A DNA stretch of 63,594 nucleotides, counting the filler, from Octopus bimaculoides (taxonomy: Eukaryota), in assembly GCF_001194135.2 (NCBI RefSeq). It is 10 parts of 7 records of this genome, joined end to end, with 100 filler letters (N's around TTAATTAATTAA, not from the genome) between each part and the next. Parts side by side here need not be neighbours in the genome. Positions count along the whole stretch, not along the records: positions 1 to 10,451 come from NC_068986.1; positions 10,552 to 14,038 come from NC_068999.1; 8 more parts are not named here. One strand, written 5' to 3'. Positions 1-13,443 of this stretch are shown here, piece by piece; position 1 is the first letter of the stretch; every line of letters begins with the position of its first letter. The notes below the pieces were generated by a model, which did no database searches, was not told where the DNA came from, and saw only the letters and a list, made by a program, of their open reading frames with translations. A program made the translations under genes and the position numbers.

Positions 1-1675
1 ATATATATATATATACATACATGTAGTGTGCATGTATATGTACATAGAGTGTACAATATGGTTTTGTTTATTTAATATGTTGCAAATTGATCATGTTATA
101 AATCATATCTTGCTATTTCAGTTCTTAATGACTCTTGAATATTACTGAAAACATTGTATTCTCAAGCGTCCTTCCCTAAAATCATAATTCTACATTATCC
201 GCAAAGTATTATGGCGTCCACCTGAAATGTCGCGTGGATCGCAAGTTGAAATACAAAATATCTTCATTACCTTCTAATTTTGCTTATCGAAGACGTTCTT
301 CCAACAAACGTAATTTTCACTCTATGAATCCTTAGTATGAATTACTGATCAACGAGCTTCAGGCGAACTTTGTTTTCATTTCAGGGATGTCCTACTGTTC
401 TTTCCAATTTGATAGAGTTTACAATGGTTCTTACGGAAATACATGCACCATTGTTATATTGAGCGAGATCTCTAAAAACGAACGTATTGGAATCTAGAGA
501 ATATACTGCAAATAATACTTCTAAGTATAATTGAATAAGGTTTTGTCTGTCGTCAAATTAACTTTCATTGATCTAAACATGCTATGTTCGTTCATATACA
601 ACGTTTCAGATGATAAGTTGTCACATCTCGTCTGAAGATATCATGCTATAACTATTGATTATATTATAAAATGGAATAACACAGCACTTAGACATAATTT
701 ATGTTGACATTGCAGTTCAAGTGCTATAGTCATTTTGTGTAGTAAAATAATGACCACTGTGAAATCTCCATTGAGGAGCTAGTTGTCTGATCAACTGAAT
801 CAGCAGCATCTAAATAAACGTTGGCTGAGCGTTTCACAAATATATGTACTATTAATGTAACTCTTAATTCGAATCAGCGTGTCAGTGTCTGTCCTTTATC
901 TTTTCAGTTACTGGTACAATTCTCCCTGCAGATCTTCCAAATGTTTTTCAACTATTCAGCTTTAGTCACAAGGTTGACTCAAGAAAGTGACATTTCCGTA
1001 AAATACTTCAAAGTAGATCCTAAACGTGGATCTCGTGGCTGTAAAGCAAAATTTTAAACATTTGCATATTTCTTCCGTTCGCCACCAAGTCTGACTAAGA
1101 CATACATGGATTGCATGTTTATATAACAGGAAATATGTTTACAAATTTTTATTTCGAATATGTAATCTTAATTGAAAATCTTCATGAAATTATATTTTAT
1201 TTTGAAGAAGATACTGGAACTTTTGCACATTTAATGTTCAACGTAAACATGTTACTGAACTTCATCTGAAACACATTAACCCTTTCAATACGTAAATATG
1301 ATATTTCATATAAAGTAATTTTTACAAAGAAATTCTAATTTAACAAGTGTAAACAAGTTTCATTTATTTTTTATCCACGTTTAATTCAATTAAAAATATT
1401 ATGTACGTAAGAAACACATCATATAAGTTTCATATTTATATTACATTAAGTAAATATTTATAATATATACAAACATTGGATTTATATTGAGATAGTACGA
1501 AATTTAAATATTCATAAATAATAAATAATACACAGGGTAGACGTGAGTAATATTAGTCACACTAAATAAGGTACATTAAATTATTCAACTTCACTATGCA
1601 GTATAGAATTTGGGATTACTTTCCAACTTAAAAAAGCATCGATCATTTTGATAGTCAAGGGGGCCCACCTAAGTT

Positions 1676-1706
<31 letters not shown>

Positions 1707-2207
1707 NNNNNNNNNNNNNNNNNNNNNNNNNNNNNNNNNNNNNNNNNNNNNNNNNNNNNNNNNNNNNNNNNNNNNNNNNNNNNNNNNNNNNNNNNNNNNN
1801 NNNNNNNNNNNNNNNNNNNNNNNNNNNNNNNNNNNNNNNNNNNNNNNNNNNNNNNNNNNNNNNNNNNNNNNNNNNNNNNNNNNNNNNNNNNNNNNNNNNN
1901 NNNNNNNNNNNNNNNNNNNNNNNNNNNNNNNNNNNNNNNNNNNNNNNNNNNNNNNNNNNNNNNNNNNNNNNNNNNNNNNNNNNNNNNNNNNNNNNNNNNN
2001 NNNNNNNNNNNNNNNNNNNNNNNNNNNNNNNNNNNNNNNNNNNNNNNNNNNNNNNNNNNNNNNNNNNNNNNNNNNNNNNNNNNNNNNNNNNNNNNNNNNN
2101 NNNNNNNNNNNNNNNNNNNNNNNNNNNNNNNNNNNNNNNNNNNNNNNNNNNNNNNNNNNNNNNNNNNNNNNNNNNNNNNNNNNNNNNNNNNNNNNNNNNN
2201 NNNNNNN

Positions 2208-2243
<36 letters not shown>

Positions 2244-2332
2244 GTATACATTTCAAAATGTAACCATATGTGAATCGATGCTGATTTTTCCCCTCTCTCT
2301 TCCTTTTCTATTGGACTTTCCTCTGTCACCTA

Positions 2333-2365
2333 TTTCTGAAGGAGAGCTTTGCTCGAAATGTAAAA
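2333..2365 (+). ncRNA. Degenerate minimal type I hammerhead ribozyme motif (PLE-like)
   Basis: ttt-CTGAAGGA-GAGC-ttt-GCTC-GAAA-TG-TA-aaa: perfect 4-bp stem II. Core differs from CUGANGA by one base. Stem III ATGT is one transition away from the ACGT palindrome. Confidence 0.5.
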
Positions 2366-2415
2366 CCACATTTCTTTCGTTCCCTGAGCGTCTGTTAATA
2401 CTTTATATAGGCGGG

Positions 2416-2734
2416 GTCCTAGAGTGTGTAATTTCTTGTATTGCTAACAAATTAGCAGTGTTCATATTTCAACCATATTCAGTTACACGTTGGAAGCTAA
2501 GGAAAAGCTTGTAAATTGCGCTATGCTCCCACTGGTTACGCTTGGTTAGCCAGTGGTATGATGTATTTCAGTCGTAGACAATGTAGAGCTGACGACTTGA
2601 GCTCAAATACAGGCACTCAGATGAAATGTCTTTCTCCCCACTCTTTTGAAGGCACCTTTCTCTCTTCATTCCACTATTCGCAGGGAGAATAGTGGATACA
2701 TTTAATCTTCTACTACACGAGGAGTGATTATTCT
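2416..2734. repeat. Dispersed repeat, copy 1 (downstream of the hammerhead motif)
   Basis: Aligns by eye to 8033-8332, including an identical core tggaagctaaggaaaagcttgtaaattgcgctatgctcccactggttacgcttggttagcc. Confidence 0.9.
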
Positions 2735-3452
2735 AAGGGAATAAGATAAAATTGCAAAATACCGGTTTCTTTTGGGCACCCCCTTGTACGCCTAAAAGTT
2801 TTAATTTACCGCCTGACACCCGACCTGATCTAAATGAAGGCTTCGTTTGGTATTAACATAGGTTATGGACAACAATGTCTCGCAACCACATCTACATTAC
2901 AAGATTCTTGCGTGATACACAAGTGATAATAATACAACATTGCATTAAACACATGTGTATATGTGTGCAGGTGTGTGTAGGTACGAATATATATATATGT
3001 CTGTTAGTCAGTATATTTGATGGTATGTACATTCCCTCGTTTTTATGTTGTATTAACATGAAAATCTCTATGGTTACGCAATTATGATATGGCACTCACA
3101 CAATACAATATTGGTAGATATTTTCTACTTCTTTTCATTTCGTGGTATTCATAACTGGAAAGTTTTCTAGACGACGCATTATGGCGATTGCAATAAATAT
3201 AAAAAGGATGACGTCACTCTAATTCTACTCGCCTGCAGGAAATATTTGCTTTTCACATATGGCGTATTTCATGCAGAACTTCGGTGAAACAAATATTTAA
3301 AAAAGCGTAAATCTTCCTCTATATTTCAGGGGGAATTGTTTTACATATTGAACAATATTATACAGAAGCAATAAATACATTTTAGGAAGACATTTCACCT
3401 ATCATCTAAGGCTGGCTATTACCTAAGGCGCGCAATTTCGTCCAGAGATGTG

Positions 3453-3542
<90 letters not shown>

Positions 3543-4598
3543 TCACACAGACATATATATGGAGAGACAGACAGACAGATAATAGATGGATAGATAGATA
3601 ATTTAATAGACAGACAGAGAGGCATGCTATTGGTTGTCTTTAAAGAGGCTAAATAAAGCCGAAGAAAAGATATCTAACAATCTACTGACGTCATTGGGAG
3701 TATGTTTTGCTTGAAATGTAATGAGTATATATATAGGAGACGTTTTCCCCGATACTAAATCTCACAGTAGCCTTGATCCACATGCTATTACTTATTCCTC
3801 ATTACACCTCAATCATTTCGTACTGGGATCTACAGAGCAGTATATGGGCTTGTATTTCGTTGGTTAGTCGTTTAATGTGCAAAAGAAAATAAACATAAGA
3901 TTAGAATAAATTCTTGGTTCCATATTATTGATGAATATGCTCGAACCACTGCACCAATATTGCATCACACCACCGACTGAAAATAATGCAAAAATATAAA
4001 AATGACAAAACGCCTGCTCTAGAAGAAAAGGAGGAAAAGTTTGTGTGAATCATAGTCAGTGATTAAATTGCTAGCTCTCGCAATTGTTGTCTACTCACCT
4101 TTAGCCTAAATTACTTTGCTTTATTTACGATTCCTATAAAAGTGAATATCATAATATCGATATTCTACAATAACATTGTCATCAAATAAGCGATAAACGA
4201 TATTAAATATCCCCTAAATTATATCGATCGATATGTTTTATGCAGAATTTGTGTAGATATATTGTTGCCATTAGGTGTTCATCATAACAGATGGACTATA
4301 CTACTAATTCCTATAACAACATCTGAACTCTATCTATTCTACCCAATCCTAGCCTACGTTTTTCTTCTGTTCTTTGTGCATGACAACAAATTTGTTTCAA
4401 AGAAGGCTCCAGCAGGTATGTTTCGCTAAGAATTTAGCATTAAAGCCTATACTCTCAGAGTGGAACGTCGGGCTAATATATTCTGGTATGTCCTTGGGCC
4501 TATAGCAGAGAGGTTATGGCATAGGAACAAGTTCGTGAAATCAGAAGACAGGACATCCACGGATGGTGATGTGTGTGTGTCTGTGTGTGTGTGTATGT

Positions 4599-4688
<90 letters not shown>

Positions 4689-5300
4689 ATGTATGTAAGT
4701 ATGTTTGTGTCTGTGCTTATATCCTCGAAAATAGCAGTGTAATAAATATACATATAAATCACTAAAATGAATACCGGATTTAAAAATCAGTACTTGGATT
4801 GACATGAATGCTTAAAACCTCGCAAATAGACACTCAGTATGATGAAGGAAAATTTTTTAAAAAGACACCAAACGAAAGCTTGTCGAGACAGCAATTTGAA
4901 TGCAGTAGATGTGTGGCAACTACCTTTGCAAAAAGTATAAGTCTGCTGAAATGAGACTGAAGTGTAAACTGTTTGGTTTTTAATCAATGATTAAAGAATG
5001 GTCATTATCAATATAGGTCTTCCACGATTACTGATATCGATATCCTCAATATTCAGTTTGAACATGTCATAGGTCTACAGTGTAGAAATAATCTAAATAG
5101 AAAGAGAGTTTCGATTGATGTTAGTTACAAGAAGTAATTGTTTGATTAAAGCATAGAGATCCGAAGAGCGTATATATCATGTGGACCATAGTTCGTGCGT
5201 CATACAGTTAGATACCAGTTTTATAACAATGAAATATGTGTTGGTAAAGGTGTAAATAGAACAGTACAACTATCAGCCATAACATGCATTATGTTGGTTG

Positions 5301-5355
<55 letters not shown>

Positions 5356-5707
5356 CGAGCGCATGTGTCTTTGTCAATCAATGGAATGTCTGTTTTATGT
5401 GGGCAAAGCACAACTAGCCCAAATATATCATCATGCATGTATTCGGATGTGAGAAGTACTGGAGCTAAAACCATAAATGTTTTGGAATCATTCTGATGAG
5501 GTCGATTTGTCATTGATATGTTTGATTCTCGGTTAAAGCAATTTCTTTTCTTTCTCTTATATTCTTTTGAAAACCAGTAAATTTTAAACCTTCATATTTA
5601 TGAGCATTTTAAAATTAAGTTTTTATTATTTAATTCTGTGCAAATTATTATTACATATCTGTTATTTCACGGGGTAATAGGTTCAAACGGCATTATGTCC
5701 GGCCACG

Positions 5708-5752
<45 letters not shown>

Positions 5753-5796
5753 TTTGTGTATGTATGTCTGTATGTATGTATGTATGTATGTATGTA

Positions 5797-5844
<48 letters not shown>

Positions 5845-7889
5845 TGTTTAAAGTTTAATTGCTTTCATTTTTTTGCAATCATTTTATTATAAAGAGCAAG
5901 GATAGCACGGACGAATAGCTAAGAAGTTAGCTTCTCAGCCATGACGTTGGTTTCAATCCAAATCGTGGTATTTTGGGAGAACGTTATTGTATATATTTTA
6001 TAACCTGGCTCTACCAGTACCTTATGAATAAAATCGAGTTAATGGAAACTGTACAGAAACCCCTTCGGTGGATCGTTCTTGCAATTAAAAGGCTACAACC
6101 TTTTCGCGTTGATTTAGCGTAACAAATACTTTACGGGAAGTTGTGTGTGTGGAATACTCAACCGCTTACACGTTATTTCAGGAAACGATTATGCAGTTGA
6201 ACGAATACCACCATTAACATTATAGTGATATTTCGAAACATACGTTGATTAATTTTTTCTCGATTGTTTCTATTGTGAAACCTATAATTCATCTATATAT
6301 GAAATTATGTGAGTGCTTTTTTACTATCTTTTATACATTATTCTTAAGTTTAAAGGTAAATTTTATAGAACGTAGATGAACGAAATCTTAGACCGTGCTG
6401 ACATACGTCATACAATGAAAAGCAAATGCTTTGTTTTTTATTCTCATACAACCTCACTACAGTAAACTATATGATTTTTTCTCCAAAGAAAATTATTGAC
6501 GTAGAGTCAAAATCAAAAGTATATGAAGAGCTGAAACAAAATAACCAATTCTGTAAGTAGTGATAAGAAGAGAAAGTATTTAACTACATACCAATACTTA
6601 TGATTGTAATTCCAGTATGTAACAGTGTTCAGAATGTAAAATGTCAATTTTGTTTGTGATGTATCCAATCAAAGAATATAGTTTATTCTATGAAAATATT
6701 TCCTTGTGGCAGTATATAGCCTGGTTGGGTTCCTTGATATTTGTACTGCTTAAATCTATAAATTGAAAAAGAAAAAAGAAAAAAAGAAAATGCTCATTAG
6801 GTTAACATATAGTAAATATATATATATTTTTTTTGTATGTAAGCTATGTGCAGTAAATTCGAGTCACTTCTTGATGTTTACACGATTCATCTTTAATCAA
6901 GCGGGCAGATAATTAAAGGTGTCCAAACCCGAACGATCACAGGTAAACAATGCATTGTCAAGCATTGTTTAAAATTAAGATAAGAGATGTTTGAGTCGAA
7001 ATATTTAAGTATTATCTAGCAAGGCAAGCAGCTACGTAGAGGTCTTTCTGTTGGTTTGCTCTTCATTGATAGTAAAATTAATGTCCTTACACAATTACAA
7101 TATTATATTGGGTATGGGCATAAAACGGATAAATATTTGATCCGCACCTCTGATCAGTAAATCATTTCGTAAATGATTTACGGGTAAAGACGAAAGAACT
7201 ACCCAGTAGGTATTCATGCTAAATTTAACAGCCGAAATACGTTCTGCCATTTTAAGAAAGGAAGGTAACATTGACCAATACAGCTGTAGATTAATTATGT
7301 CTGAAAACAAAAGCTGATATTATCACGAACGCAGGTATTATCAAAGACAACTTATGAACAGTAGAGAAATTAATGTTTTGAAATATTTAAAATTCATTTT
7401 AATATTTTAAATTTCGCATCATATTTCTCTAATGCAGTTTTGATTAAGACAAAAAACATAAAAAAAACAATTTGTGATATATGCAATTACAATACGAAGT
7501 TTTCATATTACCAGCATTAATAAAAGATTGTGTGAACATTTTAATTATCAGGAAATATTTTAGAACGTTTACCTATTCCTAGAAGCATTGGCGCTGCGTT
7601 GTAAGCACCGTCTGGTATACGGCATAAAAATTGGTCTACCTACAACAAATTCCAACTACTAAGTGACAGACAATTGTTTATATACATAAATACCTACACT
7701 TATATGTGTGTATGTGTATGTGCAAATGTATGTATGTATGTATGTATGTATGTATGTATGTATGTGTGTGTGTATGTATGTATGTATATACGCATGTGTG
7801 TATGGAGGTAGCTAAGTATTATCAGAAAGATACAAAATATAATTTTTATAGAAACTAATAGTCTAAGGCAAAGTGTCTTCAATTATTGA

Positions 7890-7911
7890 ACTACTACTAC
7901 TACTACCACTA

Positions 7912-7975
<64 letters not shown>

Positions 7976-8000
7976 TTCTGCTGCTACTGCTGCTGCTGCA
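7890..8000. repeat. (TAC)n/(TGC)n trinucleotide microsatellite
   Basis: Direct reading; source of the poly-Y/poly-V pseudo-ORFs. Confidence 0.95.
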
Positions 8001-8032
8001 GCCGGTACTGTTATACATATTGCCATAGGCGT

Positions 8033-8332
8033 GGTACTAGAGTGTATAATTTCTTGTATTGCTATCAAATTTGCAGGGTTCATATTTTAACCATATTCCA
8101 CTTCATTTACATGTTGGAAGCTAAGGAAAAGCTTGTAAATTGCGCTATGCTCCCACTGGTTACGCTTGGTTAGCCGGTGGTATGACGTATTTCTGTTGTA
8201 GACAATGTAGAGGCACTCAGATGAAGATGTTTTTCTCCTCTTTTGAAGACACCTTTCTCCCTTCTTTCCACTATTCGCAGAGAGAATAGTGCATACATTT
8301 AATCTTCTACTACACGAGTAGGAGTAATTATT
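8033..8332. repeat. Dispersed repeat, copy 2
   Basis: Same sequence as 2416-2734, with an internal deletion of about 24 bp after gacaatgtag. Confidence 0.9.
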
Positions 8333-8851
8333 CTTATTCTGCTTTATTATTATCTATTTTATTTATGACTATCACTTCTATTGTTACTTGTGACCTACAC
8401 TTCAATTGTTTGAACACATTTATCTGGTATATATTTTCCTTTATTAAATTTATCCCTTACATACTTTTTTTAGTATTCTATATTTTGTTGTGCTATTTTT
8501 TTCTACATTCCTTTAAATTGGTAACACTGCTGTTATTTATTTTAACTGTCATGACAATATTCATTTATCTACTTATTTTCTCATCTATTTCTACTATTAA
8601 GTGTTAATGGTTGTAAAGTTCATGATTTGCTATTTTTTCTATTGAAAATTTTCATTGCATTTTTTGACCATTCTAAAATCTGCTCACCCCACCTCATTCT
8701 TCTATATCAATAGACCATTCATTTCTTCTTCTATTACTTAATTGTTCCTTACTCCTTCTTTTTTCCCTTTCACCTTTTTCTCTTCTACATTATTTACATT
8801 ATTTACGTTATTTACATTTGACGGATATTTGTCCTCATCTTGTTTGCTTTT

Positions 8852-8896
8852 AACACAACGTTTCGGTTGATATACCCTCAGCCTTCATCAGGTGTC
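8852..8896 (-). ncRNA. Minimal type I hammerhead ribozyme (PLE-like)
   Basis: Minus strand: GACAC-CUGAUGA-A-GGCUGAGGGUAUAUCAACC-GAAA-CG-UU-GUGUU. Stem I GACAC/GUGUU, palindromic stem III ACGU, predicted cleavage after GUU. Confidence 0.7.
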
Positions 8897-9491
8897 TTGG
8901 GGAAATTTCGAACCTGGGTTCTCATTCCTAAGGTGAATTTAGGTTAATTACCGTAACTTGATATGATATAACATTAATGGTTAATTATAATTACAATCCA
9001 TCTTTAATTTTCCTTCCTTATAAACGTTTATTTACATAATTAGTCGTATATAAAGAATTCATGGGATTCTCTCCCTTTCTCCTTCCCATTATAATAAATT
9101 GTTATTGCCATTATTATTAACTTTAATTTTCTGCGGTTCATTTAAAATCTTAGTATAGCGTTCGTAGCCTCTCTCCCTAAACAGCTGCCTGTAAACTAGC
9201 GTTCTTGTTTCTAACGGTCATTTAATTTGGCAATATAGTGTTATTCCTCGTACGTAACCTTAGCATTCAGCGCAAGTCTTGCATCTGTAGTATGGTTCAC
9301 TGATGATGAAATCATATGTATACCAGCATCACTTACTTCTTTGGAGTAGGGTGCATATAATTTTTGAAACATATGTAGGAATTAAACGAAATTATTGATT
9401 ACATGCGTTTTGCTCCATTTAATAATATTCTTTATATATATNNNNNNNNNNNNNNNNNNNNNNNNNNNNNNNNNNNNNNNNNNNNNNNNNN

Positions 9492-9527
<36 letters not shown>

Positions 9528-10112
9528 TTCATGACTGTATATCTGGTGTTGTGTTTGTCCTCCAAACGGCGCCCCCTTTAAGACGGTTCTCCAGCATGGC
9601 CGCAATCAAGTGACTGAAACAAGTAACACAATATCAGAATAACAGAATACTCTATTTATACTGCGTTACACGCTTTGACGGGCAAAACATATCAAGTGAA
9701 AAGCCATTTCAAATATGGTTTGTTATGCATCAAAACGTACTTGCATTCTTTCAGATAATATATTGTCCTAAAGAGCATCTAATTTAACTACTAATGAGTT
9801 GGTAAATGAGTATAATTACAAGAACACTTTTGAGATTAAGTACATTCATTAACGAACGGAATTAATCAGTTCCAATGCAAATCAAGATGGTGAACTTTTA
9901 AACCATGTCTATTAATTAAAATAGTTTTATTATTTTGCTGCGAAGGTACATTTTATACTCGATAAAACATTTCTCATCATCATCATCAGGCCATAGTTCT
10001 ATTATCTGGCTGAGGGAGCCCATTGTGTCGCAGTGTGCTGATTTTCCAGTGCATCAGTCTATTGAGATGCAACGAATACAAGCTGGATGCAGTTGCAGGT
10101 CTCACTCACACA

Positions 10113-10153
<41 letters not shown>

Positions 10154-10199
10154 GCTCTCTCTTTCTCTCTTTTTCGCTCTCTCTTTCTCTCTCTTTCGC

Positions 10200-10450
10200 T
10201 CTCTTCCAAAAGTCCCAGCTGTCTCAGCTAGGGCGAGGACCAAGAACTGCAATAGCTTTTTTATTCAAGGGCCTACAGCTATTTAACTCCTTGCCTAAAT
10301 ATCTGAGAGATGTCTATGGAGTGGAAGTAGATGTTTTCAGGAAACAACTTGACCTCTTATTATCCAAGATCTTAGATGAATCAATATCAATGCAGGAGAC
10401 TCAAAACAGGGCAGCAAAATCGAGCTGCCTCCTTCTCTAAAAGCCACACC
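10200..10450 (+). mobile_element. CR1/L2-group LINE ORF2 3' fragment
   Basis: Frameshifted LPKVP..FFIQGP / LFNSLPKYLRDVYGVEVDVFRKQLDLLLSKILDE, typical of the post-RT C-terminus; homologous to four other fragments in the window. Confidence 0.75.
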
Positions 10451-10495
10451 TNNNNNNNNNNNNNNNNNNNNNNNNNNNNNNNNNNNNNNNNNNNN

Positions 10496-10507
10496 TTAAT
10501 TAATTAA
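10496..10507. other. Artificial assembly linker TTAATTAATTAA in N44 flanks (also 14083, 32941, 39396, 46294, 49931, 55681, 58497, 61007)
   Basis: Identical 12-mer with stops in all six frames, each flanked by 44 N on both sides (100 bp in total), nine times. Confidence 0.95.
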
Positions 10508-10681
10508 NNNNNNNNNNNNNNNNNNNNNNNNNNNNNNNNNNNNNNNNNNNNACACACCCTGCACATCTCACACTTCTACCTCCGCATCACAAATATATAT
10601 ATATATATATAATCATATATATATATATATATATATCATATATATATATATACATCATATATATATATACAACACACACAC

Positions 10682-10714
<33 letters not shown>

Positions 10715-10880
10715 TGTATATGTATATATATATATATCCAGCCAGCCAGGTTTTCCTTACTCAATTCTAATTACAGAGCAACCGTGTTGCGTTGCTTTCT
10801 GCTTACTGATCTTGTCTATGTATCTCTCTTTCTCTCTGTCTGTTACACATTCTCTCTCTCTCCCTCTCTCTCTTCTCTTA

Positions 10881-10935
<55 letters not shown>

Positions 10936-12633
10936 TCTCTCTCTCTCTCTTCTCTCTTCTCTCTCTTCTCTCTCTCTCTNNNNNNNNNNNNNNNNNNNNN
11001 NNNNNNNNNNNNNNNNNNNNNNNNNNNNNNNNNNNNNNNNNNNNNNNNNNNNNNNNNNNNNNNNNNNNNNNNNNNNNNNNNNNNNNNNNNNNNNNNNNNN
11101 NNNNNNNNNNNNNNNNNNNNNNNNNNNNNNNNNNNNNNNNNNNNNNNNNNNNNNNNNNNNNNNNNNNNNNNNNNNNNNNNNNNNNNNNNNNNNNNNNNNN
11201 NNNNNNNNNNNNNNNNNNNNNNNNNNNNNNNNNNNNNNNNNNNNNNNNNNNNNNNNNNNNNNNNNNNNNNNNNNNNNNNNNNNNNNNNNNNNNNNNNNNN
11301 NNNNNNNNNNNNNNNNNNNNNNNNNNNNNNNNNNNNNNNNNNNNNNNNNNNNNNNNNNNNNNNNNNNNNNNNNNNNNNNNNNNNNNNNNNNNNNNNNNNN
11401 NNNNNNNNNNNNNNNNNNNNNNNNNNNNNNNNNNNNNNNNNNNNNNNNNNNNNNNNNNNNNNNNNNNNNNNNNNNNNNNNNNNNNNNNNNNNNNNNNNNN
11501 NNNNNNNNNNNNNNNNNNNNNNNNNNNNNNNNNNNNNNNNNNNNNNNNNNNNNNNNNNNNNNNNNNNNNNNNNNNNNNNNNNNNNNNNNNNNNNNNNNNN
11601 NNNNNNNNNNNNNNNNNNNNNNNNNNNATTGCGAAGAACAAGAGAACCATTTAAAAAAACTTCACCCACTTAAAACAGCTTAATGTTTTTTGTTTGTTTG
11701 TTTGTTTCTTTCGTTTTTCTTTTTTTTTTTCATCACCGCCTCTACCCAACCTTCCTCTCTGGTCTGGCTTAAAAAAAGAAAAAAAAGAAAAAAGGAAGAA
11801 ACAACAAAAGCCGTCTTAATTCCTATTTAGGGTTTGGAAGTTTAGGAATTTAAACCTCAGTCCACCTACACTTTTTTTCCTCTACGTCTTTCATTTTATT
11901 CTTGTTTTCATGCTTCTTCCCCCCTTCTCTGTCTGTCTGTCTGTCTGTCTTTCAACTCCCCCTCAACTCATATCACATTCCGAGTTTTTTCTGATTTTTT
12001 TTGTTTTTTTTTGTTTTTGGACAATTTCTCTTCTGAACTCAAAGCGGTGCTCCAGCATGGCCGCAGTCCCAATGGACTCAAGTTAATGATACACAGATAA
12101 ACAAAAATAATTATTCTTGAGTATCAGTGAAACACTTGTGTTGAAATTTAGTCGTCTGGTGTCCCTTCTCCGCAAAATCTGTTTGTCTTGTATGTGCTTT
12201 ACGTTAGAAAACTAAAAAAAAAATATCTCTTATGGACAAAACCGAGGGAACCGAAGACTGGAATCTTCCTCTTCGGTCAAGCTCTCCTCAACTTTTTCCA
12301 AGTTCGACTTGGAAAAGTTAAAGTGAAGGTGGAGAATAAACTGCCCTCCTCTGGGAGAATTTGTTCAAACTTTGGTAGGTGACTGTGACAGAAATAGGGT
12401 GAATGGAACTACTCTAAGTACGCGCCTGTAGATTGGAGAACAAAAGTTGAAGGAAGGCTTGTGCCCCTCGTGGTCAGGGTTGTTTTGGCCGAATTTTGGG
12501 CCTCTGGACAATGCACTAGACCCTGTAGTATTTGACAGCAGCAGCAAGGCACAACGTACGAAGATCTGAATTGGGCCCCCGAGACCTGTGTGCCCCCCCT
12601 CTCCCCGCTAATTGCTCATTGTGTTCATGCTTT

Positions 12634-12692
12634 AAGACGGCACTGGCAGAATCGTTAGCACGCCAGGCGAAATGCTTAACGGTATTTCGCCT
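12634..12692 (+). mobile_element. SINE family A head (truncated by gap)
   Basis: aagacggcactggcagaatcgttagcacgccaggcgaaatgc matches the head of the other family A copies. Confidence 0.85.
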
Positions 12693-13443
12693 NNNNNNNN
12701 NNNNNNNNNNNNNNNNNNNNNNNNNNNNNNNNNNNNNNNNNNNNNNNNNNNNNNNNNNNNNNNNNNNNNNNNNNNNNNNNNNNNNNNNNNNNNNNNNNNN
12801 NNNNNNNNNNNNNNNNNNNNNNNNNNNNNNNNNNNNNNNNNNNNNNNNNNNNNNNNNNNNNNNNNNNNNNNNNNNNNNNNNNNNNNNNNNNNNNNNNNNN
12901 NNNNNNNNNNNNNNNNNNNNNNNNNNNNNNNNNNNNNNNNNNNNNNNNNNNNNNNNNNNNNNNNNNNNNNNNNNNNNNNNNNNNNNNNNNNNNNNNNNNN
13001 NNNNNNNNNNNNNNNNNNNNNNNNNNNNNNNNNNNNNNNNNNNNNNNNNNNNNNNNNNNNNNNNNNNNNNNNNNNNNNNNNNNNNNNNNNNNNNNNNNNN
13101 NNNNNNNNNNNNNNNNNNNNNNNNNNNNNNNNNNNNNNNNNNNNNNNNNNNNNNNNNNNNNNNNNNNNNNNNNNNNNNNNNNNNNNNNNNNNNNNNNNNN
13201 NNNNNNNNNNNNNNNNNNNNNNNNNNNNNNNNNNNNNNNNNNNNNNNNNNNNNNNNNNNNNNNNNNNNNNNNNNNNNNNNNNNNNNNNNNNNNNNNNNNN
13301 NNNNNNNNNNNNNNNNNNNNNNNNNNNNNNNNNNNNNNNNNNNNNNNNNNNNNNNNNNNNNNNNNNNNNNNNNNNNNNNNNNNNNNNNNNNNNNNNNNNN
13401 NNNNNNNNNNNNNNNNNNNNNNNNNNNNNNNNNNNNNNNNNNT

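Noticed and set aside
100-1100. Possible decayed minus-strand coding sequence (e.g. FDDRQNLIQLYLEVLFAVYSLDSNTFVFRDLAQYNNGACISVRTIVNSIKLERTVGHP)
   Set aside because: Many stops in all frames and no recognisable motif; cannot be assigned without tBLASTx.
5493-5530. CTGATGAG core-like motif (similar cases at 9300, 9985 and in CAT microsatellites)
   Set aside because: No properly placed stem II plus GAAA plus NUH.
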